This document shows positions 41,605 to 54,044 of a stretch of 64,000 nt of DNA, piece after piece; position 1 is the first letter of the stretch; every line of letters starts with the position of its first letter. The translations under genes and the position numbers were made by a program. The notes under the pieces are model-generated. The model had not been told where the DNA came from, ran no database searches, and saw only the letters and a list, made by a program, of their open reading frames with translations. The DNA is from Eledone cirrhosa (lineage: Eukaryota): contig OZ024743.1 of the NCBI GenBank assembly GCA_964016885.1, forward strand, positions 204,104,001 through 204,168,000, given 5' to 3'.

Positions 41605-41651
41605 TGCCTTGAAAAGTCCCACCATATGGTCGGACGAAACGGCTGTCGGCA
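41605..41651 (+). ncRNA. Type I hammerhead, U3-A8 variant
   Basis: tgcc-TTGAAAA-gtcc...ggac-GAAAC-ggct-GTC-ggca. Confidence 0.85.
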
Positions 41652-41697
41652 ATAAACTTGTTATAATGTCATAATAGTTCCTTTGTTCTTTTTCACT

Positions 41698-41774
41698 AAT
41701 ATATATATATATATGTATTATATATATATATATATGTATGTATTATATATATATATATATATATAATATATATG

Positions 41775-41850
<76 letters not shown>

Positions 41851-41903
41851 GTGTATTATATATATATATTTATATATATATATGTGTATTATATATATAT
41901 ATT

Positions 41904-41934
<31 letters not shown>

Positions 41935-41955
41935 GTATTATATATATATATGTAT

Positions 41956-41989
<34 letters not shown>

Positions 41990-41990
41990 G

Positions 41991-42026
<36 letters not shown>

Positions 42027-42460
42027 CATATATATATAATACATATATATATATAATACATATATATATAATACATATACATATAATACATATATATATA
42101 ATACATATATAATAATACATATATACATAATATAATACACATATAATATACATATAATATAATACATATATATATAATAAATATATATAATATATATGTA
42201 TTATATATATGTATTATATATATATATGTATTATATATATATATGTATTATATGTATATGTATTATATATATATGTATTATATATATATTATATATATAT
42301 ATATGTATTATATATATATGTATTATATATATATGTATTATATGTATATGTATTATATATATATGTATTATATATATATTATATATATATATATGTATTA
42401 TATATATATGTATTATATATATATGTATTATATATATATGTATTATATATATCTATTCTT

Positions 42461-42491
<31 letters not shown>

Positions 42492-42522
42492 TATGTATAT
42501 ATATGTATTATATATATATATG

Positions 42523-42589
<67 letters not shown>

Positions 42590-42665
42590 ATGTATTATAT
42601 ATATATATATGTATTATATATATATGTATTATATATATGTATATATATATATGTATATATATAAG

Positions 42666-42725
<60 letters not shown>

Positions 42726-42727
42726 TG

Positions 42728-42761
<34 letters not shown>

Positions 42762-42868
42762 TGTATAATATATATATATGCATATATATATATATATATA
42801 TGTCTTATATATATATGTATTATATATATATATGTATGTATTATATATATATGTATTATATATATATG

Positions 42869-42918
<50 letters not shown>

Positions 42919-43059
42919 GTATATATATATATGTATATATATATATGTATATACATATATATGCATTATATATATATGTATTATATATATATATATATAT
43001 ATATATGTATTATATATATATATGTATGTATTATATATATATATATAATATGTATGTAT

Positions 43060-43096
<37 letters not shown>

Positions 43097-43117
43097 ATGT
43101 ATTATATATATATGTAT

Positions 43118-43150
<33 letters not shown>

Positions 43151-43174
43151 ATATGTATTATATATTATATGTAT

Positions 43175-43255
<81 letters not shown>

Positions 43256-43307
43256 TATATATATATATATGTATGTATTATATATATATATATATATAAT
43301 ATAGTAT

Positions 43308-43339
<32 letters not shown>

Positions 43340-43346
43340 ATAATAC

Positions 43347-43389
<43 letters not shown>

Positions 43390-43423
43390 TATATATATTA
43401 TATATATATATATATATTATATA

Positions 43424-43462
<39 letters not shown>

Positions 43463-43473
43463 ATTATATAGTG

Positions 43474-43528
<55 letters not shown>

Positions 43529-43529
43529 G

Positions 43530-43567
<38 letters not shown>

Positions 43568-43707
43568 CATATATATATATAATACATATATATATAATAC
43601 ATATACATATAATACATATATATATGATACATATATAATAATACATATATATATAATATAATACACATATAATATACATATAATATAATACATATATTTT
43701 TTAATAA

Positions 43708-43756
<49 letters not shown>

Positions 43757-44000
43757 TATATATATGTATTATATATATGTATTATATATATATATGTATT
43801 ATATATATATATGTATTATATATATATATGTATTATATGTATATGTATTATATATATATGTATTATATATATATGTATTATATATATATTATATATATAT
43901 ATATGTATTATATATATATGTGTTATATATATATGTATTATATATATATGTATTATATATATACGTATTATATATATATGTATTATATATATGTATTACA

Positions 44001-44031
<31 letters not shown>

Positions 44032-44104
44032 GTATTATATATATGTATGTATTATATATATATGTATTATATATATATGTATTATATATATATATATATA
44101 TATA
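41698..44104. repeat. 2.4-kb (TA)n-derived satellite with gtat-tatata higher-order units and internal inversions
   Basis: Direct reading; orientation flips (gtatta vs taatac) near 42010, 42180, 43330, 43550. Confidence 0.95.
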
Positions 44105-47050
44105 CAGTATTTATGTATCGAGAGAGAGAAAGACAGGGGCCGATAGGTGATACATATAGTTATTTGCCAAGTAGCGTATGCCATAGTTGCTCGATACTAG
44201 TGTCGACAGTATTAAATATTCGAAGTGTTAATATTTAGTGGGTTAGAGAGTTAGCAGAGCGTAAGCACGTGGAAAAGTAAGAAATCGGAGAATAGACCGT
44301 TAAAACATGTTTATTTAAAACAGCACCTACGTACGTTTCGCCCAGTTTGGCTTCTCAAGGGCATAAATAAGCAAAAGCGTTCCTTACGTTGCTCGGAAAG
44401 AATTTTTGGGGTTAAATTCACGTCACGGTTCATTGCTCGCAAAAATAGCTTGTTTTGATTTTGCAGCAGGTCAAGGGAGGTAACCCTGGCCGTTGTTAGG
44501 GCAGTCTTTCACGGACAAATTTTTATCTGTTACATGATGAGGTTACAACTTACAATTCTCGATACGCACAGGGTCATGTAACCAACGCTTATTTTGAGAC
44601 GTTTGTTTTTCCGCACCTGTTTGTCTGGGTCGTTAGAGGCTGGGTCTGGTATGCATGGTTAGTTTCCTGGGTGTTATTTTGCAGCGCCTGCCGCCGGGGT
44701 GTTAAAACTTGTTGCAACGAGATCCAGTGCACGGTTTCACTCCTCATCCTTAACCCATCTGAAGAAGGATATTTTTAAGCGATGTGTAACTTATCGCTGT
44801 TTCAGCTCTGCTGTTGATTAGCTCGTAGGGTGCAGTTATGATGTGGTAGAGCTCCATGAGGCAAAGATCGCACTTCCTCTTGAAGTTGTACAGTGCAGCC
44901 CTGCCGACAATATCCCAGTGCGTGGAGAAGCTGATGTTTAATTCCTTTAGTGATGTGATTTAGTCCGCGAGCAAAGTGGAGTGTCTTAGTTTTTTATTTG
45001 TGAAAGAGTGGAGATGTGTTCGAAACCTAATTTTAAACGGGCCGGAGGTAGCCCTATATAATGTTTAACGCTATTGTGGCTAGTTACAGTGCATCTATAT
45101 ATAACCTTATCAGTCAAGCAATATCCTCTAAGGGGGCAGCGTCCTCTGTCGCGGCAGTTGCAATTTCTGTCGCGGTTCCATCTATTTCCCACGGTAAGCC
45201 TATCATTGCTGCTGCCTATGTTATTACCTACGCTCCCGCAGCTGTCGTTAGCACCATTACAACCCACAGTACGCGGGGTGGTGTGATTGTTATTCCGCAC
45301 GTCACGTCCTGCATGTTCCCCAGTCATTTCGCGGTTATGTTGGTTGCAACTGCGGAGGGCGTTGCCAGCACTATTGGATGCTGCTAGGGAGTTGTTAAGG
45401 CCGATATAGTTATTGTCAGGTGTAGGTGCGTCTGTGTCGAGGTGCTGTGTCTTGGTGATCATACTGTGGTTCGTTGTTCCTATGATGTCTGCTAGGTTAG
45501 GAGTAGTAGAGAAGGATATTTTTATATTGTTCCTATTAAGAATTTTTCTATACCTATGGTTGGGCGGGAAGTTCTTCTCTAAGGAAGAATATCCGGGGTA
45601 TGTTGGAGGCCACACTCCGAGAGTAGGGGGGGAACCATAGGACGTTAAGGTGGCGATTACGTGTCCTTGTACGTTTGCTATGGGTAGTTCCATCTAGGTG
45701 ACCGCTCTTATGTATGTTAATGCGCTGTAGCCCGTTAGGTGCCCCTTTCACTTTATGCTCGGGTGCACTCTTCTTCCATCTTCCATGTTTATGTACAGGA
45801 AAATGTTGATTGGAAAGCGTTGGTAGTAGGCCGTCGCCTTTGTTGGTTTTGTAGTAGGGGAATAGTTCGAGTAATCTACAGTGGTCACCGTCGCCGGGGT
45901 CGTGATCTTTAGTGCGATTATCTATTCTATTATATCCGACTTCAACGAGGTCGCCGCGTGATCGGTTATAGGTATGGCTTACTATAACGTTCGTTTTATG
46001 AGGGGGTAGTATCTAGAGCTAGCGTTAGGGATGTAGGACATTCCTCGGTTAAAGCCGGCGCTTATCAAGGCCCTATTGTAGTAATCTGCCGCTTGGTTGA
46101 AGATATCCTCATTGGCGGATAGCCTCGAGATTCTATGTGAGATACTAGTATAGACTATGGAGTTTAGAGTCTGCTTAGGGTGGTCGCAGGCATAATTAAT
46201 ATAAGAGAGGCACTCTCCAGGCTTATGGTATGGCTTGTATAAGCCCGTACTCAACTCCAGGGTCACGTCCAGCAAGTTGACAACCTTGTGGTTGAGGTCC
46301 ATAGTTACGGATAGGCCATATGACTTGAAGAACCTGTGTATATGTTTGTTAACGTTCTCTATCCTACGGGGGCTATGGTTCCTAACGGTAAACAGGGTGT
46401 CGTCCCTATATACACCTCCTTGCAGGGCCGGTATCTCGTCTCTAAGCTATGTAGGAGGTATATCCCGAGCAGGTCAGTTGCTTGCGCTGAGTCACTGGAC
46501 CCCATCGTGACATCGAAGTTATCAGGACGGTTGGTTCTGGTCCAGTGGGAGCCTTCGAACTGGATAATGGTTCTACGCACGGCTAGAACTATGTCTATTT
46601 CTTTTTTAGTGAGGCTAGTGTTAGATTTAGCTAAGATGAGTACCTTATTTAAGAGTATGGGGGAGATAGAGGCGTAGTAATTATCTATGTCAAACTGGAT
46701 GATCTTCAGGGTCGCTTTATCCGGCAACTCGGTGAACCAATTTATGACCTGGTCGGTGTTGCCCCAGAGGCAGACCTTAGCCTTTCTATTAACCTCCAGT
46801 AGTACTCTGTCGAGGATCACTTTATTAATCTTACCTATATCAGATGTAGAGGGGCATATTAGTCTAATAGAGGGGCTTTCATTAAAGTTACATTTGTGAT
46901 ACTTAAGAGAGAATCTAGGCGTCAGAGGGACGTACGGGTTAGTGTACTTTTCTATTTCTAAGCTGGTGACTATATCCTTCCCCACTCTATTTATGTCATT
47001 TAGGGTAGTAGAGGGTCTCTTTTTGTAGTCTTTGTGTAGTTCCTTATAGC
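44105..47050 (-). mobile_element. Degraded Naiad PLE (RT, thumb, GIY-YIG, 3' UTR)
   Basis: ORFs 46359-46985 (RLICP, QFDI, MGS), 45982-46302 and 44986-45693 (CNC..CPL, IY.C..YIG). Confidence 0.92.
44323..44362 (-). ncRNA. Minimal hammerhead, U3-A8 variant
   Basis: gccc-TTGAGAA-gcc-aaactg-ggc-GAAAC-gtac-GTA-ggtgc. Confidence 0.75.
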
Positions 47051-47085
47051 TGAATATTTTATACTTACTCGAGTAAGTATAAAAC

Positions 47086-48684
47086 GAACACGCACCTCAT
47101 TACAACCAAGCCCTCAAGCGGAGTGGCTTCCGGGAGGAAATATCCTTTTATCCAGCTTCCCTTAGCGAATCCAGCAGGCGACACCGCCGCTCACGCAACG
47201 TAACCGTGGTTCAATCCTCCCCATAATGCCAAGGTGGCAACACCTATCGGGAAAATCTTCTTTAGACTCCTCGAAAAACACTTCCCACTACAACACCGCT
47301 ACAACAACATAATCAACAAAAACACTATTAAACTGTCCTACAGCACCACACCTAACTTCGCACAAAACGTCGTCTCCTCAAACAACAAAAAACTCAACCC
47401 CTATGGAAGAAATAACCTAGACATCAGTGGAGAGCCGACCAGGAGGTATAACTGCCCTGATAGATCTACGTTCCCCCTCAACAACAAATTTCGAGAACGT
47501 AACGTGATCTACCAGTGCAACGTGAGGAGGGACACGTCCAACAAAGCTTATATAGGATTAACCGCGTGTGACTTCAAGACCCGGCTCTACCAACACCAAC
47601 ATAATTTCCGAAACCCGGTCCGGCGACATGCCACTACACTTTCGGGCCACATCTGGGACCTCCAAGATAATAATATAACCTACAATCTCACTTTGAGCAT
47701 AATGTCCAAAGCTAACTCTTACACGGGGGGACACCGTCCATGTAGCTTATGCTCGGATGAAACATAACAAATGCTGTTTTCGAAGAATCAACTCCTAAAC
47801 AAGAAAGAGGAACTGGTAACCGCATGCAAACACAGATTGCGTAGGACTTATCTCGCCCTCAAACCCCATAACGACCCGGGTGGTTAGACAAGGGCTGGTA
47901 CCCCCCTACTTGCAGAATAAGTTAGGGGAAACCCCAGCTTACTTAGATATATGTATCTCTTTTCTTTTTTTTTCCTCTTTCTCTTCTTCCCCCTGTCTCA
48001 TCCTATCACTTCCTTCCACCCCCTATTTTCTCCCACGTCTGCTTTTCCCCTTTCGCCTACCCCGATGCAGCCCATCGGGCCTCTGTAGCATCAGTTCCCC
48101 CACCCCTGTAATTTTAAGATAGAATTGGCCGAATACGTTTTACTAACTATTTATAGCAGACGTGTTGAACCCCTTTAATTCTGTATCAGTTCTGGTACTA
48201 CTCAATTTCTACAAGTTTTTTTCTATTCTCAACTTATTAACCTATAATTGTAAGATAGCATTGTGATTTCTTTATTCATTTCTCACTATCTAATTTTATA
48301 TATTTTTTTATTTATTTCTATTATCTTTTATTATCTCCTACTCTCATTCGATTTACCTATTCTATAACCTCCCTCCTCCACTTCATACACTATCCTTAGA
48401 ATCTACTGTATACATATCACTTTCAACGCTTGACCGCTCCACTCACTCCCCTATTGTTCTACAGGCAAGTTCAGTCACCCCTACCTCCCACCAAATGCCA
48501 TGATAGACTTATTTGTGTTTACAACAAATTTTAACCAATCCTCTTGACAACTACAATCTTCCCATATAAGGAAGTAACCCCTTGAAAAGTTCGGCTCTTT
48601 ATTCACCAGGCTAAAAATTCTAATTTAGTCCAGAAATAGCCGTCGAAACGGCTTGAGCTCTGCCGTCGGGGTCATACTTTTTCC
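47086..48684 (+). mobile_element. 5'-truncated Naiad PLE, same family as 13378-15660
   Basis: ORF 47234-47767 is highly similar to 14805-15542; 3' HHR. Confidence 0.9.
48578..48671 (+). ncRNA. Type I hammerhead, U3-A8 variant
   Basis: cccc-TTGAAAA-gttcggct...agccgtc-GAAAC-ggc...gcc-GTC-gggg. Confidence 0.8.
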
Positions 48685-48788
<104 letters not shown>

Positions 48789-49676
48789 ATCGGAGAAAGC
48801 TAATAGCGATACTCCGGCCAAATTCCAACTCACTCAACAAACATTAGGAAATATCTGAGTATATTCCCAATTATGGGGTGCTAACTATATTGTATTGTGT
48901 GGATAATTGGCTGTATTATTTCATATGAGATATATCAAATATATCATTTCCCAGACGACTCGTTTCATTATAAGATTTCTACAAGTTGGGTGAAAATATA
49001 CCAAGTTATGTAGAAGCTTGTATAAGATCAACAGATACTTATTCAAGTGGGCTCTTATACATCTTCAGTGGGTAATATATAATTATGATTAAAAATTTAA
49101 TAAGGTTCAATGAACTCCTCAATGAATAAAGTTTCACAATAGATTATAAGCACTCAACAAAAGGTTTTCTGGAGTGTATTTATATATATATACTGTATAT
49201 ATATATATATATCCCAGAAAAAAGAGAATCAGTGTTGCGACGAAAGGAATTTATTGGACATATTACAATTGTTTCTCGGGCGACCAGCTCGAGGCACGAT
49301 CGATTTGGTTATCAAACCTGACTCTGAACTCACGCGGTCCTCGGATACGTCTTGATTCCACGAAGCAGATTTTCCTAATGTCCTTTAACATCGAATTTCT
49401 TCGCTTGTTGGTTTAGATCCTGTTGTTGTCATTCCATGAGTGGTCAAGAATTGTACACTTCACCGGTATTTCTAGCCACTCATGGTTGCCCACTTCTTGA
49501 TTCTTCTCGTTCTCCACCTGTTAATCAAAATTTCTTCATATATCAGAATTACTATTGTGCTGGCATCAGAATTACTACTGAACGGCTGGCATCACATCGA
49601 CGTCTTCATTGCCCCTAGGCGCCTTTGTCTCCATCGGTCAGGTACACACCCGCAATTATGCTGTATACGGCAGTCA

Positions 49677-50660
49677 TCTATATATATAAAACTGTGGTTG
49701 TCTGTCTATCTATCGATTTTTGGCACACATCTCCTCTTAGAATCTCTCACGGAATTGCACCGAAATTGCTATACTTGTACATTGAGCCCTAGCGAAGACA
49801 TCGGAAAAAAAAATTTCAAATTGACCCACCCTATGTGACGAAATCGAATATAATGTATCGATTTTTGAGCGTAAGTTATCAGTTATTTCCCTTTGTTCTG
49901 TTTACATTGAGCGTCTTACGTAAAAAATTACGCTGGCTTTCTCAGCGTTTAAAATGACATTAACACAATACACGAACAGTTGTCGAGCCAGCAAAATATT
50001 GACCTGCAAAATTCATCAGTTCGAACACTAAGCTTCCGTTTTGCTTCATTTCCATTTAAAAGCATTTTAAAACAATATTTTTACTTGAAAACAAGTCTAT
50101 TTAAAGACTACGTAAAACAAGCAAATATTTCGTCGTTATGCGTGCAGACAGACAGTCGTGCAGACAGACAGTCGTGCAGAGAGGTGATATACGCGTGCAG
50201 ACAGACAGTCGTGCAGAGAGGTGATATAGGCGTGCAGACAGATAGTCGTGCAGAGAGGTGATATAGGCGTGCAGACAGACAGTCGTGCAGAGAGGTGATA
50301 TAGGCGTGCAGACAGACAGTCGTGCAGAGAGGTGATATAGGCGTGCAGACAGACATAACTGATAATTTGGTTACGCTAATGTTTTTCTCTGCGTTGCAGT
50401 GTTTACATTTTCGATCTTTGTTAATAAATAACCAGTGCAGTTTCTATCCCCAGCATCCTCTTTTGTTATAACATTCGGGTTATCGTTATGTTTTCTTAAC
50501 TTCATAAGGCATATTGTTGGTTGAGGGAATATTAATCAAAAACACCACATGCAAGTCTGCACAGTAGACACTACAGTTTTTAAGCCAAGAAAGAAACTTA
50601 ACATTGTAACTTTAACACAGCTACTGAGCGACCCCGAGCAACGCCGGGCTTTACTGCTAG
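49677..50660 (+). mobile_element. Non-autonomous Helitron with internal 37-bp minisatellite
   Basis: A|TC start, subterminal cccg...cggg hairpin, CTAG|T end, no TSD; copy at 59241-60107. Confidence 0.9.
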
Positions 50661-51398
50661 TCATAAATAATGTTTGGCGAGATTTTTTTTTAAAAACAAA
50701 TCGTAGGGATATTTAGCATAACATTTGTAGGACACAACCTAAAAATACCCTCCACCATACATATTTCAAAAAGAAAAAGATAAAGAAAAACCTGTGTTAA
50801 CAACGTTTTAAAAAAGAAAGCTTTCAACAGCCTTTCAAACAGAAGTGCTATATCAAAGGTGTTTTCAACAAATACACACAATTCTACACTCACACACTGG
50901 ACTCGCGCATAGCCAAGACGACGCATATATATATAGACAGATGAGAAAAGAAAAAACCATGGAAAGTCATCCGTACCCCCACGCAGACATGCTCAGACAA
51001 ATACATCGACCCAGGCATGCGCACACCCGTGCTCAAGTATGTCTGTATGGACACGCATACATACATGCCCCCGTGTGCTCCCACGCCGAAGGCATATACT
51101 TGATGAGTACCCCTCATACGTCTTCCCACGCGCCGCTGCGCAGATGGTGCACACAGTATTGTATGAGACAACGCATTTGAGGCTTTGACCCAACCCGATC
51201 ACGTGGCGGTGTGAGTCCGAAAGTGCCTGCACAATATGCCTAAATGTTAAGGCAGCACAATATCCCTGTACTAATCGCATATACTGTGGGTGGCACATAT
51301 ATTTTTTAAAAACTGTACGTACATAACATAAAATAATGAAATAATATACAATAATAAAATAAAATAGATTATTTTATTATTTCATTATTTTATGTTAT

Positions 51399-51575
51399 GG
51401 CAGGTGAATTGTCAGTATCGGGAGAGGGTCTGACATGCATAGCCACGTCCCTTTACGATCTGAGTTCAAATCCCGCCGAGGTTAACTTTGCCTTTCATCC
51501 TTACGGGGTCGATAAAATATAGTACCAGTAATGTACTGGGATAATTGCTGGCCTTGTGCCAAAAGAAGAAACAAT
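51399..51575 (+). mobile_element. tRNA-derived SINE
   Basis: Homologous to 27189-27375. Confidence 0.85.
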
Positions 51576-51639
51576 TATTTTATGTTATGTACGTACAGGT
51601 TTATTTTATATACTCGAATCCAGGCATACTCGAATCCTG

Positions 51640-52823
51640 GATTCGACTATGATGTACCTGTGTACTGTAAATTCAGGCAACTCTACTTGGCACTACATAG
51701 GTTCCGCGGCTGGGGATTTCAAGAAAAGGTGGTACGTCCACAGACACTCCATGAAGAACCGTAGACTGGAGAACTCTACGACGCTCGCCAATAAAATCTG
51801 GCAGCTTTAAAACACAAACCAGGAGTATAAGATTAGCTGGTCAAAATTATCGGTAGCAAGGGCCTACAGACACGGAATGTCCTACTGCGGACTTTGTAAT
51901 TTAGAATAATTCCATATTTTAAGGTACGATAAGATGCTGCTTAACAGCAAAATAGAAAGATCAATTTTCTGTAGGCATAAAATAGCTACCACATTCACAA
52001 ACTTCAAACCACCGTGATTCGAACCAGAAATCCCTAAATTAGAACTGAACCACCTGGATTTTAACATATGGAATACACACTATCACACTGCTATTAGTTG
52101 TCAAACAGCCAACTGGTCACTAGATCATAAATCTCTTAACATCTCTTTCACCCTTTTTCCCTGAAACAGCATCAACCCCATTAAGACAAGACAATCAGCA
52201 TAACATTTACCACACACATTTGTCAAACCTCCCTTCACCATCCACCCTTAGCCCTTATATCTCACACTTGTATCCACCAATTAATCTCTAATTTATTGCT
52301 TTTTCCCTTTTCTTTTATCTGTCACTACATCAGACTCTCTACGCGTATCTATGTATATTTCGAATATGACTTTTCATGATAGCACTAAACACACCACAGA
52401 ATCCTTATAAGAACACTTACTCACCACCACCACAAGCATACTCTGTACTTACATGCTCTCACTTATCCTTATTTATTTCTTTATATTTTCCATTTTCTTA
52501 CTTTTTTAATGTATTTTTTCTTATCTTTTACTTTTTACGTTTTAAATCTGTAACTTTTCTACCTATTTGTCATATATATTTTATTATTGATGTTATTGTT
52601 TTGATTATACGGTATTCTTCTATATATATCTTGCCTCGAGTGAATTATTTTTATATCTTCGTATTCTGATGAGTTGATCAGAGGTAAATAATGTAATAGA
52701 GATCGAGTGACGCAACTTCAAGCGATTAGCGACCTCTAGACTCACCTGATCAATGAAACAATTGTCAATACCTGAAATAGAGCCCCTTGTTGTACAGCCA
52801 ACCATGTTATACTCTTCATTCTT

Positions 52824-52829
<6 letters not shown>
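51640..52829 (+). mobile_element. 5'-truncated Naiad PLE (GIY-YIG remnant + pLTR)
   Basis: YLCTV...YIGSAAGDFKKR...CGLC...C.H with stops; HHR at 3' end. Confidence 0.88.
52661..52771 (+). ncRNA. Type I hammerhead, large stem II
   Basis: gtatt-CTGATGA-gttgatcag...ctgatcaat-GAAAC-aatt-GTC-aatac. Confidence 0.88.
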
Positions 52830-52859
<30 letters not shown>

Positions 52860-52866
<7 letters not shown>

Positions 52867-53323
52867 AAATGGGGAGAAAAATACTGCTGGTAGCACATGG
52901 ATAACATGTAATAAAATAAGTCCCTCATCAGTGATTTGCCGACGATCATAGATATTACATTGTGTTAAAAATCATATACCTCACGTCGGTGCAATAATAA
53001 CTAAATTAAGTTATTAGGACAATTAAAACGCGTAAAGCGAGTGAGACTAGAAAACAACAAAGAGTAGAGCTAACCGTAGAAGGAAGGAGACAAGCTTCAT
53101 AGTTATTCTGTTAGCATAAGCTAGGTGAATATATAAGCGCTTAGAAAAAAGACCTTTCACGAACGAATGCAATGTGAGAAAGAGAGAAATTGCTTTCTTC
53201 GCGAACGGGGTGAAGTGAGGAGAGGAGAAACAGTGAGTGAGTGAGTGGAAGTGTGAGGAAGAGTTAACTGACATGACAGAGGGGGCGAAATAAAGTAGGA
53301 GAAACAGAGAGAATGGGGGAGCA

Positions 53324-53403
<80 letters not shown>

Positions 53404-53753
53404 GAATCGCAGTTTGGGTAAATATATGTAATAAAATGGGGAGAAAAATACTGCTGGTAGCACATGGATAACATGTAATAAAATAAGTCCCTCATCAGTG
53501 ATTTGCCGACAATCATAGATATTTCATTGCATTAAAAATCATATACCTCACATCGGTGCAATAATAACTAAATTAAGTTATTAGGACAATTAAAACGCGT
53601 AAAGCGAGTCAGACAAGAAAACAACAAAGAGTAGAGCTAACCGTAGAAGGAAGGAGACAAGCTTCACAGTTATTCTGTTAGCATAAGCTAAGTGAATATA
53701 TGAGCGCTTAGAAAAAAGACCTTTCACGAACGAATGCAATGTGAGAAAGAGAG

Positions 53754-53757
<4 letters not shown>
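52860..53757 (-). mobile_element. Non-coding partial-tandem element (567-bp period including expanded (GA)n), family of 38118-38850
   Basis: ctcatcagtg at 52924 and 53491; flanked by (TA)n. Confidence 0.8.
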
Positions 53758-53836
<79 letters not shown>

Positions 53837-53890
53837 TAAAAAAATAATGAATAAAACAATGAAACAGTTCCTTATATTAAACAAAAAAAG

Positions 53891-54044
53891 TTCATTATTT
53901 AACGATCGTTTCTAGGATATATATGTGTTAGAATTGGCATGCATATTCAACAGATCTATGTACAAAATTATACAAAATTATACAAACTATCAAAATTAAA
54001 TATACATACCAACACATATATATGCCGTCTTCAGAAATAATGAA
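53891..54044 (-). ncRNA. Type I hammerhead, ~115-nt stem II
   Basis: Inverted copy of 58372-58525. Confidence 0.82.

Noticed and set aside
50140-50355. CRISPR-like array of 37-bp repeats
   Set aside because: Head-to-tail minisatellite without unique spacers, inside a Helitron; eukaryotic context, no cas genes.
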